Position numbers and translations under genes: made by a program. DNA of 64,000 bases, from positions 18,758-82,757 of the forward strand of contig JANMSI010000135.1 in the NCBI GenBank assembly GCA_031389115.1, given 5' to 3'. The stretch is from Akkermansiaceae bacterium (GTDB lineage Bacteria > Verrucomicrobiota > Verrucomicrobiia > Verrucomicrobiales > Akkermansiaceae). The notes under the pieces are model-generated. The model did no database searches, was not told where the DNA came from, and saw only the letters and a program-made list of their open reading frames with translations. This document shows positions 27,375 through 38,900 of the stretch, in pieces; position 1 is the stretch's first letter, and each line of letters begins with the position of its first letter.

Positions 27375-29186
27375 ATGTCTCCTGCCCGTCCACTCCTTGC
27401 CGTCGCCTTCCTCGGAGCCTCCAGCCTGTCGCAGGCGCAGGAAGCCGCCACCGAGACCACCCCGGCCGCCGAAACTCCGTTGTCCGAATCTCTCGATCCC
27501 ACGACCGACGTTCCACTCGCCACCGACCTTCCCCCCGAGCCCAAGGCACCCGTCGCCGCGCCGACTTCCAACGTCACCGTCAACCTCATCAACCGTCTCG
27601 TTCAAAAAGGCATTCTCACCGAGGCCGAAGCCGGCGAAATGATCCAGCAGGCCCAGGCGGACGCCGCCGCCGTCGCCGCCCAGGCCGAAATCGCCGCCAT
27701 GCCTCCCGCCCCGGGCCCGGACGACATGCGCGTCACCTACATCCCCGAGGTGGTGAAAAACAACATGCGCGACCAGATCAAGCAGGAGCTCATGGCCCAC
27801 GCCCGTGAGCAAGAGTGGGCCAAGAATTCCTCGCCCGAGTGGACCTCGAAATTCCGGCCCTTCGGCGACATCCGCACCCGCTATGAGAGCGTCTTCTTTC
27901 CTGGAGACAGCAACGACAACTCAGGGAGTTTCCCGAATTTCAACTCCATCAATAACGGCGCTCCGTTCGACACGGCCGGCACCCAGTTTTCCCCGCAGTA
28001 TAACGTCGATCAGGACCGCAACCGTGCCCGATTGCGCGTCCGTCTCGGCACCGATATCATGCTCGGCGACGGGTTCAACGGCGGCATCCGTCTCGCTACG
28101 GGCGAGTCCAACTCACCCACTTCACCCAATCAATCCCTCGGCGGTTCCGGCGGCAATTTTTCCAAATACGCCATCTGGCTGGATCGCGCGTTCCTGAGCT
28201 ACGACGCCGGCCCCGGTGACGGCCAAGAACTCCTGTTTCTGCTCGGTCGATTCGATAACCCGTTCTTTTCCACCGAGGTCCATTGGGACGACGATCTTGG
28301 CTTCGACGGCCTGGCGCTCCGCGGCAAGGTCAAACTCAACGATTGCGCCACCACCTTCTTCACGGCCGGTTACTTCCCGGTTTACAACACCGACTTCAAC
28401 TTCGCTTCCAACCAGCCCTCCAAGTTCGAGAGCACCGACAAATGGCTGACGGGCGCCCAGGTCGGCATCGACTGGAAAATCACCGACGACCTGACGGCCA
28501 AGTTCGGCATCGCCTACTATGACTTCGACGCGATCCAGGGCGAGCTTTCCGACCCCTACACCCCTCTCACCACCAGCGACGCCGGCAACACCGACACCAC
28601 CCGTCCCGGCTTCGCCCAGCGCGGCAATACTTACATGGCCTTGCGTGACATTGTCCCGACCGCCGCCAATGATTTTGGCAACAAATTCCAATATCAATAC
28701 TACGGCCTCGCCTCCGAGTTCCGAAACCTAACGGTCACCGGCAAGCTTGACTACGACCGCTACGACCCCGTCCGCCTGTCCCTGCTGGGGGAAGTTACCA
28801 AAAACATCGCGTTCGATGGAGGCAGCATCAACAGGAAGGCCGTCAACAACCGCGGTCCTAATTCTGGCAACAATGCGGGTTCCTTCGAAGGTGGCGACAC
28901 CGCATGGTTCCTCGCCTTCCAGGTCGGCAAGCCGGCCCTTGCCGCGTTTGGCGACTGGCAGGCCGGCTTCGGCTATCGCTACGTCGAGTCCGACGCCGTC
29001 GTGGACGGCTTCACCGATTCGGACTTCGGCGGCGGAGGCACCAATCTCCAAGGCTACACCCTTGGCGGCAGCATGGCGCTCTCGCCCGCCGTCCGCCTCG
29101 GCCTCAAATGGATGAGCTCCGACGAAATCATCGGCTCGCCGCTCAGCACGGACACCCTTCAAGTCGATCTCAACGCCAAATTCTAA
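27375..29186 (+). CDS. Putative outer-membrane porin (Porin_5-like) with N-terminal periplasmic extension
   Basis: Signal peptide, LINRLVQKGILT, GDIRTRYE, RNRARLRVRL, LDRAFL, C-terminal QVDLNAKF. Confidence 0.85.
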   Translation: MSPARPLLAVAFLGASSLSQAQEAATETTPAAETPLSESLDPTTDVPLATDLPPEPKAPVAAPTSNVTVNLINRLVQKGILTEAEAGEMIQQAQADAAAVAAQAEIAAMPPAPGPDDMRVTYIPEVVKNNMRDQIKQELMAHAREQEWAKNSSPEWTSKFRPFGDIRTRYESVFFPGDSNDNSGSFPNFNSINNGAPFDTAGTQFSPQYNVDQDRNRARLRVRLGTDIMLGDGFNGGIRLATGESNSPTSPNQSLGGSGGNFSKYAIWLDRAFLSYDAGPGDGQELLFLLGRFDNPFFSTEVHWDDDLGFDGLALRGKVKLNDCATTFFTAGYFPVYNTDFNFASNQPSKFESTDKWLTGAQVGIDWKITDDLTAKFGIAYYDFDAIQGELSDPYTPLTTSDAGNTDTTRPGFAQRGNTYMALRDIVPTAANDFGNKFQYQYYGLASEFRNLTVTGKLDYDRYDPVRLSLLGEVTKNIAFDGGSINRKAVNNRGPNSGNNAGSFEGGDTAWFLAFQVGKPALAAFGDWQAGFGYRYVESDAVVDGFTDSDFGGGGTNLQGYTLGGSMALSPAVRLGLKWMSSDEIIGSPLSTDTLQVDLNAKF

Positions 29187-29187
29187 G

Positions 29188-29886
29188 ATGACCATGCAAT
29201 CACCAGCCACGTGGCTGCGGCGTCCCGCCGCAGGCCGTGCTAGAAGCGTCTCGCTTTTAGTCTTCCTTTTCCTCCAGCCGCAGCTCCACGCCGCCGATCC
29301 GCCGGATCCCTCGCTGAAACTCCGCGAGCAGCTCCGCGGCGTCATGCTCCAGCTTCGCACCGCCCAAACCGAATCCGCCAACGCCCAGGCGGCCCAGGCT
29401 GCCGCCGAACTCAAGGGCAAGGAGCTCGAAGCGAAAATCGCCGAGCTCGAGAAAAACACCGTCGCACTCATCAAGCGCTCGAACTCCGACAAAACCGCCG
29501 CCGAGGAATCCATCGCCGGCCTCAACAACAAGCTCGCCGAGCGCGATCAACGCATCATCCAATTCACCGAAGCCCTCGAGAAGTGGAAAACCGGTTATCA
29601 AAAAGCCGCAGAGGTCGCCCGCTCCAAGGAGGACGCCCGGGCGGGACTTGCCGCCGAGGTGATCGTCCATAAGCGGACCATCGCCGACCGCGAGCGCAAG
29701 AACATCGCCCTTTTCAACACCTCCAACGAAATCCTCGACCGCTTCGAAGGCTACGCCCTTGGCAAGGCCCTGCAAGCCCGCGAGCCCTTCATCGGGACGA
29801 CGCGCGTCAAGGTCGAGAACCTCGTCCAAGGCTATCAGGACAAGATCCTCGACAACCGCATCGAGGCTCCCGCTGCCAAACCGTGA
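29188..29886 (+). CDS. Exported coiled-coil protein
   Basis: Signal-like segment, long heptad-rich helix, C-terminal EPFIGTTRVKVENLVQGYQDKI; packed tightly in the operon. Confidence 0.75.
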   Translation: MTMQSPATWLRRPAAGRARSVSLLVFLFLQPQLHAADPPDPSLKLREQLRGVMLQLRTAQTESANAQAAQAAAELKGKELEAKIAELEKNTVALIKRSNSDKTAAEESIAGLNNKLAERDQRIIQFTEALEKWKTGYQKAAEVARSKEDARAGLAAEVIVHKRTIADRERKNIALFNTSNEILDRFEGYALGKALQAREPFIGTTRVKVENLVQGYQDKILDNRIEAPAAKP

Positions 29887-29887
29887 A

Positions 29888-29904
29888 TGTGACACAATCG
29901 TCAC
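29888..29904 (+). promoter_or_regulatory. Pho-box-like site upstream of tpsA
   Basis: TGTGAC-ACAATC-GTCAC; the spacer almost matches the ACAATT spacer at 21187-21202. Confidence 0.65.
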
Positions 29905-29992
29905 TATCCATTTCCCTGCGGTTCGCGGATTAATGGGGCCGGTTTTCCTTCCCCGATGTCATCGGAGCGCGTCATCCATCCTTTTCTTTATC

Positions 29993-32900
29993 ATGAAGCC
30001 CAAACGCTTTTATTTCCGCACGACTTCGATCTTCGGCACTCCGCTCAAATACGGCGCTCCGCTTTTCATCGGCTTCACCGTCCTGATCAGCGGCCTTGAT
30101 GCGCAAGCCGGTGACCTCCTCCGCGGCGGTGGCGGCGGTGGCTCCAGCAAGCCCGGCCGTGCCTCGTCCGGCGCGCCTACTCCCGCCGCCACCGATGCCG
30201 CGCGCGCCAATGCGCGCGACACCCTGGCCCGCACCACGCGGACCGTTGACTCCCTTCGTGCGATGCAGAACGCCGCCCGACTGGCGGCGAACAAGAGTGG
30301 TGCCAACCACCTTGGCAAAAATCCAAACAATCTCACCGTTACCCTGCCCCAGGTCCCCAACGGCCTCATGACCGGTGGCCTGCAGGTCGCCCCCACCGTT
30401 GCCACCGACCCTACCAAATGGACCGGTGCCAAGCTGCCGACCCAGACCGTCAAGACCGGCAAAACCAAGGTCGCCACCAAGGTCACCATCGAACAGACCA
30501 CCCAGCAGGCGCTTCTCAACTGGCAGACCTTCAACGTCGGCAAAAACACCACCGTCACCTTCGACCAATCCAAAGGTGGAGCGGATGTCGGCAAGTGGAT
30601 CGCCTTCAATAAAATTTCCGATCCCACCGGCAATCCCACCCAGATCCTCGGCAATATCAAGGCCGACGGGCAGGTCTATCTGATCAACACCAACGGCATC
30701 ATCTTCGGCGGCGGCAGCCAAGTGAACGCCCGCGGCCTCACCGTTTCCTCCCTGCCGATCAACGAGAACCTCATCGCCCGGGGATTATTAAACAACCCGG
30801 ATGCCCAGTTCCTTTTTTCCGGCCTGGCCATGCCCGCCGGGACTAACGGCACCCCAGCCTTCACGCCGGAGGCACCCCTGGCCGCCACCGGCAAATACGG
30901 CGATGTGATTGTGCAGGAAGGCGCAATTCTCGAAAGCCCCTCCGACTCCGCGAAAATCGGGGGCCGGATCACCCTGGTCGGGCCGAACGTATTCAACCGC
31001 GGCTCGATCCTCACTCCGGACGGCCAGACGATCCTGGCGGCGGGCTTGCAGGTCGGCTTCGACGCCCATCCCGGCGGCGATCCCAGCCTCCGGGGTCTGG
31101 ACGTTTACATCGGTGCGGTCACCGACCCGATCAGCGGAATGTACGCCGGAAACGCAGCCCAAGACGGCATCATCGAGTCGAAACGGGGCAGCATCATCCT
31201 CGCGGGCCGCGAGGTCCATCAGTCGGGAGTTTTGGAAAGCACCACCTCGGTCGCGCTGAATGGCCGGATCGACCTGCTGGCCCACTACGACGCCATCAGA
31301 AACCCCGGTTACGACCCTGCCAGCGCCTCGGCGACGTCCAGCCCGTTTCTCAACCGGCAAACGGGAAGCGTGATCATCGGGGAGGACAGCCTCATTCGCA
31401 TACTGCCGGAATACGATAGCAAGGAAACGACCATCGGTAAGGAACTGGCGCTCCGTTCTCAGGTAAACATCGCCGCGAAAGCGATCCATCTGGGCGTGGA
31501 CTCGGTGGTTCTAGCGCCGAACGCCCAGATAAACATCAACGCAGGGGAATGGATCCAGTCAGGCACCTCGAGCAGCCTCGTTAGCCGCTTCGTCCAGTCC
31601 GCCGGCCAGGTCTATCTGGATGAGAATGCCCTGATCGACGTCTCTGGTTCGTCCGATGTGTCCGCGCCCGTGTCACAAAACATCGTGTCCGTGGACCTCC
31701 GCGGCGCGGAACTCGCGAACTCGCCGCTGCAGCGAGCCGGGATCCTGCGGAACGCCACCGTGAACGTGGACATTCGCGACGCCGGCATCTACCAGGGCGA
31801 ACAATGGGTCGGCACCCCGCTGGCGAACATCGCCGGATTTGCGAATTTAATCCAACGCGGTGTCGGCCAGCTCACGGTCGTTGGCGGGACTGTGAATATC
31901 AGCGCGGGCCAGTCCGTGGTGATGCAGCAGGGCTCGAAAATCGACGTTTCCGGAGGATCCACCCTTTTCGAAGCGGGCACGGTCAATACCACGCAGTTGC
32001 TCACCGGCGGCAGGCTGGTCGATATCAGCGCGGCCGCTCCAAACGTGATTTACGACGGCATCTATAACGGCACGTCCACCCAGGCCAATACCAAGTTCGG
32101 AGTTTTCGACGTCTTCAAGGCGGCTCTCGCACCCGATGGCGGGCGCTTCGACCCAGGTTCGACCGAAGGCGCGGCCGGCGGCAAGCTTTCGATCCTGGCT
32201 CCGTCAATGGCGCTCGACGGAAAGCTCACCGGGAAATCCCTGGCCGGTGAGAAGCAGCTCCAGACGCCGCCCGCAGCGGGTTCCCTAAGCCTTTCGTTTC
32301 TGGCCCAAGATAAGACTTACGCCAGCCGCCCGGTTTTTTCCCCGACAGCTCCCAAGATTGTCTTCCGCCCGGATTCCGATCAGGTCGCGGCGGGAGCCTT
32401 CGCGCTCGACGTGAACGGCGATCCTCTCCCGCTTCCCGCCGCCCGGCTGGGGGAGGTGCAGCTATCCTCGGATCTGGCCGTGAGAGGCGGGTTCGACAAA
32501 CTGACGGTCATCAACAACGATGGAGAGATCGTAGTCCCGGAGCATGTGGTCTTCCGGGCGAACGCCGGAGGGTCGATCACTCTCGCCGCTTCCAAAATCA
32601 CCGTCGATGGCAGGATCATCGCGCCGGGCGGAAGCCTGGCGTTTGAAAGCTCCAACCTTTCTTTGGACACGATCAACCTGACCGCAAATACGGCGGACAC
32701 CACGCTGCCGGTCGCGGATCCCGGCCGCGGAATTTTTTCCCTCGGGTCCGAAGGCCTGATCAGCACCGCCGGATTGTTGGTTGACGACCGCTCGAACGCC
32801 AGGTCGGCCGGACTACGGCCGCTGTTTTTGAATGGCGGCTCGATCTCGGTGAAATCCTACTCGGCTGAACTTTCCGCAGGCGGTCGCCTCGATGTTTCCG

Positions 32901-35900
32901 GTGGTGCCGCTGTCAGCCCGAGCGGGGCGGTCACCTATGGCAATGGCGGTTCTCTCGCGATCGTCACCGGCCGGGACCTCGGCATCTCGGCGGTCCTGGG
33001 TGGTCATTTGTCCCTCGGCGCCACTCTCGCCGGGTTTTCCGGAGCGAAAGCGGGTGCGCTGTCCATCCAGGCGCCCGCCATTCAGATCGGAGGAAACTCC
33101 GCCAATCCGGGCGTCACCGTGCTGGACTCCGATTTCTTCAATCAAGGTGGTTTCGGAACGTTTTCACTCACTGGCAGCGGACTCGCCAGTGGCACGGCCC
33201 GCGAATTTGTCACCGGTCTTTACATCGCTCCGGAGGCCCGCGTCCGCCCGGTGGTCACCGGCCTGATCCTCGATCCGACGGGTAAAACCCTGGAGCTCGA
33301 CAAGATTGTCCGCGAGGAGGGCGTCCGCGCTCCCGCCTCGCTTTCCTTCCGTGCGCTCGGAAGTTCCGATCCCAACACGTCGATCATCCAGGGCCGTGGC
33401 GACGTGGTCCTGTCGGAAGGGGCGAAAATTCGAACCGACGCGAAGGGCTCGGTATCCTTCAGCGGAGAAACGGTCACTGTGCTGGGCTCCGTGATCGCCC
33501 CGGGCGGCAGCATTTCCGTCGCTGGCGCGGCGCGCTTTCCGTCCGCCAATCCTAATCTGCTGCTGCCGACGGCGTTGATCGGAAATACGGCGTTTCTCTC
33601 CGCAGTTGGGAAAACCGTGCTGATCGACAATCCGTTTGGCCTGCGTCAGGGGGAAATCGTTGCAGGCGGGACGATTTCCATCGCCGGCAACATTGTCGCG
33701 GAACGCGGCGCGAAATTGGACGTTTCGGGTGCCAGCGGCGTGCTCGATTTACCGCCATCTTCCCAATCGCTTGCTTCGTCCGAAGCCGGTTCTCTAAACG
33801 GCCGGGACGAGGTGCCGGTCCGCATCGATTCCAACGGCGGGCGAATCACGCTGACCGGCTCGCGAATGCTATATTCCGACGCGGAACTGATCGGGAAGGC
33901 GGGAGGTTCGTCCGCGATCGGCGGTTCCGTGGCGGTTTCCTCCGATCGTTTTGTGGCGGTCGCTGCCACCTTCACCACGGCTGACACGAATCTCCTAGTG
34001 AGACAGGATGGTTTTCTCATCCCCACGGGATTCGTTGCGCGGGGTATCGGCAACGCACTGGTCGATTCGGGCGGAAATCCGCTGGCTGGCATCGGCAATT
34101 TCACGGTATCCACCTTCAAGGCAGGTGGTTTCGACTCGCTTGCGCTGAATGGCAATGTCTCGTTCGAAGAGAGCGTTTCCATCAAGCTTCCCGGTGCGAT
34201 CCAGGTTTCCAGCGGAGGCGTGATCTCCAGCGGGAGTGCGGTGAAACTGTCAGCAGGATACGTCAGTCTCGGGCAGTCGTTTGCCGCACCCACCCTGCCA
34301 GCCCAGCAGGTCTTGCTGTTTTCCCGGACGGATGGCTTCACCGGCGCGGTCACGCCTTTCACTTTCAGCCCGGTCCACGGCGCGGGAAATCTGAGCGTGA
34401 GCGCGGATCTCATCGACATCGGCAACCTGTCGCTGCAAGGCCTCGGCCAGGCGGACTTCAATGCGGTTCGCGGGGACATCCGTGGCAACGGAACTTTAAG
34501 CGTCGCCGGGCATGTCGAATTCAAGGCCGGGCAGATCTATCCGACCACGGCGGCCCGCTTCGACGTTTTCGCTTACGATTTCCTCTCGTCGGGAACTGTT
34601 ACCCAAGGCTCCATTACGATCTTTGACGGGAAGTCCCGACCGGTGCCACTCTCCGCAGGAGGCACGCTCGGCATGTTCGCTTCCCGCATCACTCATGGTG
34701 GGACTTTGCGGGCGCCCGTCGGGAAAATCATCTTAGGCTGGGATGGCACGGGCACTCCGCCGGTGAACGCCATTGCCGGGACGACCTCGACCAGTCCGAT
34801 CACCGCGCAGCTCACCCTCGCTTCCGGCGGAGTGACTTCTGTGGGGACGGAAGGAGCGCTGATCCCTTATGGCATCAGTCTTGACGGCAAATCATGGATC
34901 GACCCGGCCGGCACTGACATCACCGTCGACGGCGTTCCGGGAAAATCGGTCAACCTTACAGCGATCGATCTGGTCACGGAAAAGGGCTCCACGGTGGAAA
35001 TCAACGGCGGCGGAGATCTCTATGCGTATCGTTGGATCTCCGGCAATGGTGGCACCAAGGACGTGCTGGCTTCCTCCAGCTCATTTGCGATCATTCCCGA
35101 CTACGACTTCGACTACAGCCCGTTCGCGCCGTTCAACTCGGCTCCTTCCGCCGTCAATCTCGACGGGCAGCCCGGTTACACCAACCCGACGCTCAGAATT
35201 GGCGATCAGATCACCCTCGCGGGCGGCGACGGACTTGCGGCAGGCACTTACACCTTGCTGCCGGCTCGCTACGCCTTGCTGCCCGGTGCTTTTCTGGTCA
35301 CGCCGCAGAGCGGAACGCCCACCAACTCCACCCGGGTTCCCGAGGGATCGGAAATCATTTCAGGCTACCGCTCCAACACTCTGGATGAATCCCGCAACGG
35401 ACCCACGGTGATTTCCCGTTTCGAGATCGCGGATTCCAAGGTCGTGAGGGAACGATCGGAATACCAGGATCTGTTTGCAAATACCTTCCTGAAAGAGGCC
35501 GCGATCAAGGGTGAGTTCACGGTCCCGCGCCTGCCGATCGACTCGGGTTACCTCTCGTTTTCCTCAACTGCGGACATGTCGCTTAAAGGCGCTGTCCTCT
35601 CGGCTGGGGCGAAAGGGGGACGTGGCGGATTCATCGATATCAACAGCTCTTCGGACATCCTGATCAACAAAACCGGCACCGGCGGAACGGCGGGACAGCT
35701 TGTCCTGAAGGCATCGCAGCTGAACGATTTCGGAGCGGAAAGCCTGCTCATCGGCGGCCTGCGCGCGCTGGGTCCCGACGGTGCGCGGATCACCGTGAAC
35801 ACCGACAACCTGGCACTCGATAACCAGGGTGCGCCACTTAAGGGAACTGACATCATCCTTGTTTCCAAGGAAAAGATCACGCTGGAGGATGACTCGAAGA

Positions 35901-38900
35901 TTGTCGCCAAAGGTGGAAAAGGAGAGGTGTATGACACGCTGTTGCTGGGGAACGGCGCAGTGGCGGGCAGCGGCAACGGCTCCCTCGTCCGGGTCAGCGC
36001 CAATGCTTCGGGCGGAGTCTTCCGGGCCGGGGTGAGCATCCCGAATGCCGCGGATCTCCAGATTCTCTCCGGTGCCAGCCTGGCGGGCGGTAACCTCGTC
36101 TTGGATTCCACGGCGGGGACTCAGTTCAGTTCCTCGGCCCTGCTGGACGCGGCGGACCTCGCTCTCAGCAGCGGCCAAATCAGCATTCGCCTGAGCGATC
36201 CGGGTGTGCTCAATCCCACCGCCGGGCTGGTGCTTTCGGGAAATGCGCTTGCCAGTTTGCAGGCCTCCGCCAAGCGGCTTTCCCTGCTGAGCTATTCCTC
36301 GCTCGACGTTTACGGCACCGGCACGGTCGGCACCCCCAAGTTTGAAAGCCTTTCGCTGCAGGCCTCCGCCATCCGCGGATTCAACAGCGGCACGGGATCG
36401 GTTACATTCACCGCGGCAGCCCTGATCCTTGGCAACTCCGCCAATACCGCCCCAGGCACTCCGCTGGCCGGGGGATCGACCGGGAATCTTGTGTTCGATG
36501 CGGACACCATCACCTTGGGTTCCAACGCCGTCCGCTTGGATGGTTTTTCCAACACGACCCTGTCCGCCTCCGGGGAAATCCTCGTCAGTGGCGCGGGCAG
36601 TCTCGACGCCAAGGGCGACCTCGAACTGGTCGCCAGCTCGCTCACTGGCGAAAGCGCATCCAAATACCGGATCGCCGCCGCCGGCTTGCTGGAATTGAGC
36701 CGCCCGGCAGGTGCCGGCACCGTGTCCGCAGGCGATGGCTTGGGCGCGGATCTCACGCTGGCAGGAGCCAGTTTGAGCCTCAATGGCAACGTCAAGCTCC
36801 CCAGCGGCAAACTCACCCTGCACGCCCTTGCCGGCGACATTGTGGTGGGGGACACCGCAACCGCCGCCATCGATCTCGCCGGAACCTCCAAGCCATTTGT
36901 CGATGTGATCCGCTACACCAGCGGCGGCACGGTGAATCTTTTCGCCGACAAGGGTTCAGTCAAAATCGATCGGGCGACCATTTCCGTCTCGGCAAAAACC
37001 GGCGGCGGCAATGCCGGAGCCATTCACGTGAGGACTCCGGGCGGTGGCTTCGAGCTAGTAGGCTCCATCGAGGGAACCGCCGGTCCCGCGGGGCTCAAAG
37101 GCACGTTCAGCCTGGATGCAGGATCCATCCCCGGCGGCAACACGGCCAGCCTCGACGCCATCCTCAACACCGGGGACTTCACGCTCTCCCGCGACTACCG
37201 CATCCGCACCGGGGACGTGAACATCGACGGTATCGCGAAATCGCAGACCTATCGCGTGGCCGCCGACTCGGGAGATATCGTTGTTTCCGACACGATCGAC
37301 GCCTCGGGCAAAACGGGAGGAACCATCGACCTCAAGGCCAACGGCAGTCTGGTCGTGGGCAATGGCAGTTTGCTGGACGCTTCCGGTAGGGATTTCAATG
37401 CCGCCGGGAAAGGCGGCTCGGTCACGCTTGAGGCTGGCAATCAGCGCAACGGCGTCATTGATCCTGGCGCTACCCTCGATCTCAGAAACGGAGCGACGGT
37501 CGATCTATCCGTCGCGGAAAAAAAAGCGGACAGCGAGCTGTTCGGACGATTCTCCGGCACGCTTCACCTGCGGGCTCCGCGCAATGCCGCGAACAAGGAT
37601 CTGAAGGTCGAGGCCATCGGCAGCTCGATCCTCGGGGCCTCGCACATTCTGGTGGAAGGGGTCAAACTATACGCCCTCACTGGCGCGGCCGGCACGATTA
37701 CGACCGCCATTCAGACCAGTGTCCGGAACGACGCGACCGCATTTCTCGGTGCGACCGGAACGACCACCGCTGGCTACACCGCGATGTTTGACCGCCTGAC
37801 CGCTGCTCGACCGGGACTCGACCTCATCCTGGCTCCCGGTGCCGAACTGTATAACGGCAACGGCAGCATCACCCTTGGCACGCTCACCTCCACCGCCACC
37901 AGCGACTGGAATCTCGCCAGCTTGCGCTTCGGTCCGAAGGGTGCCGCCGGGGTCCTGACCTTGCGCGCCTCGGAAAACCTCGTTTTCCACAACGCTCTGA
38001 GCGACGGCTTCTCTGGAGGGACCAGTCTATGGCTCTCCCGGCTCATAGCCTACAATCCGCTTCTGCCGGCCAACGCACAGTCCTGGAGTCTGCGTCTCGG
38101 CGCTGGAGTGGACCTGTCAGCCGCCAGTTTCCGCGAGGTCAGAAGTCTTGACCAGTTGGGACCGAACTCCGGTCTCGTGCAACTCGGGAAAAACCGTGGA
38201 TCGGCAACCGCCACCGGCGGCCAGAATGCCACCACCGCCTCGATCATCGGGAACGCCTTCCAGGTCATTCGGACCGGCTCGGGCGATATCGACATCCACG
38301 CCGGCCGCTCGATCCAGTTGCTCAATGTCTTCTCGTCCATCTACACCGCCGGCACCCAGGTAGCGGATCCCACGCAGGTATTTGCCGCTGGCGATTTCTC
38401 GGTCCCGATTCTTTCGCTCAGCCCAACTCTCCCCCAGAGCGGGCTGGGTGCCGTCCAGCAGGAATATCCGGCGCAATACAGCATGGCAGGGGGAAATGTG
38501 ACTCTCCAAGCCGGACTTAACATTGAGCGAAAAACTCAGAACAACTCCGGCTTGATCGACGATTCATCCCGCCAACTCCCGAACAACTGGCTCCTCCGCC
38601 GCGGTTACGTGGGACCGGACGGCAATTACGGGATCGTGGATCTCGGCACGACCACCCGCCGCTTCGTGGACCCGTCCGCCTCGACCTCGTGGTGGGTCGA
38701 TTTTAGCAATTTCTTCCAAAGCGTCGGCACGCTCGGCGGCGGAAATGTATCGCTGGCCGCCGGCAACAACGTCACCAACATCGATGCCGTGGTGCCGACG
38801 AACGCCCGTGCGGCGATGGGCCGCCCCGGCACCGCCAATCTGCTCGAACTCGGCGGCGGCGATCTGGTGGTGCGGGCCGCCAACGACATCAGCGGCGGAA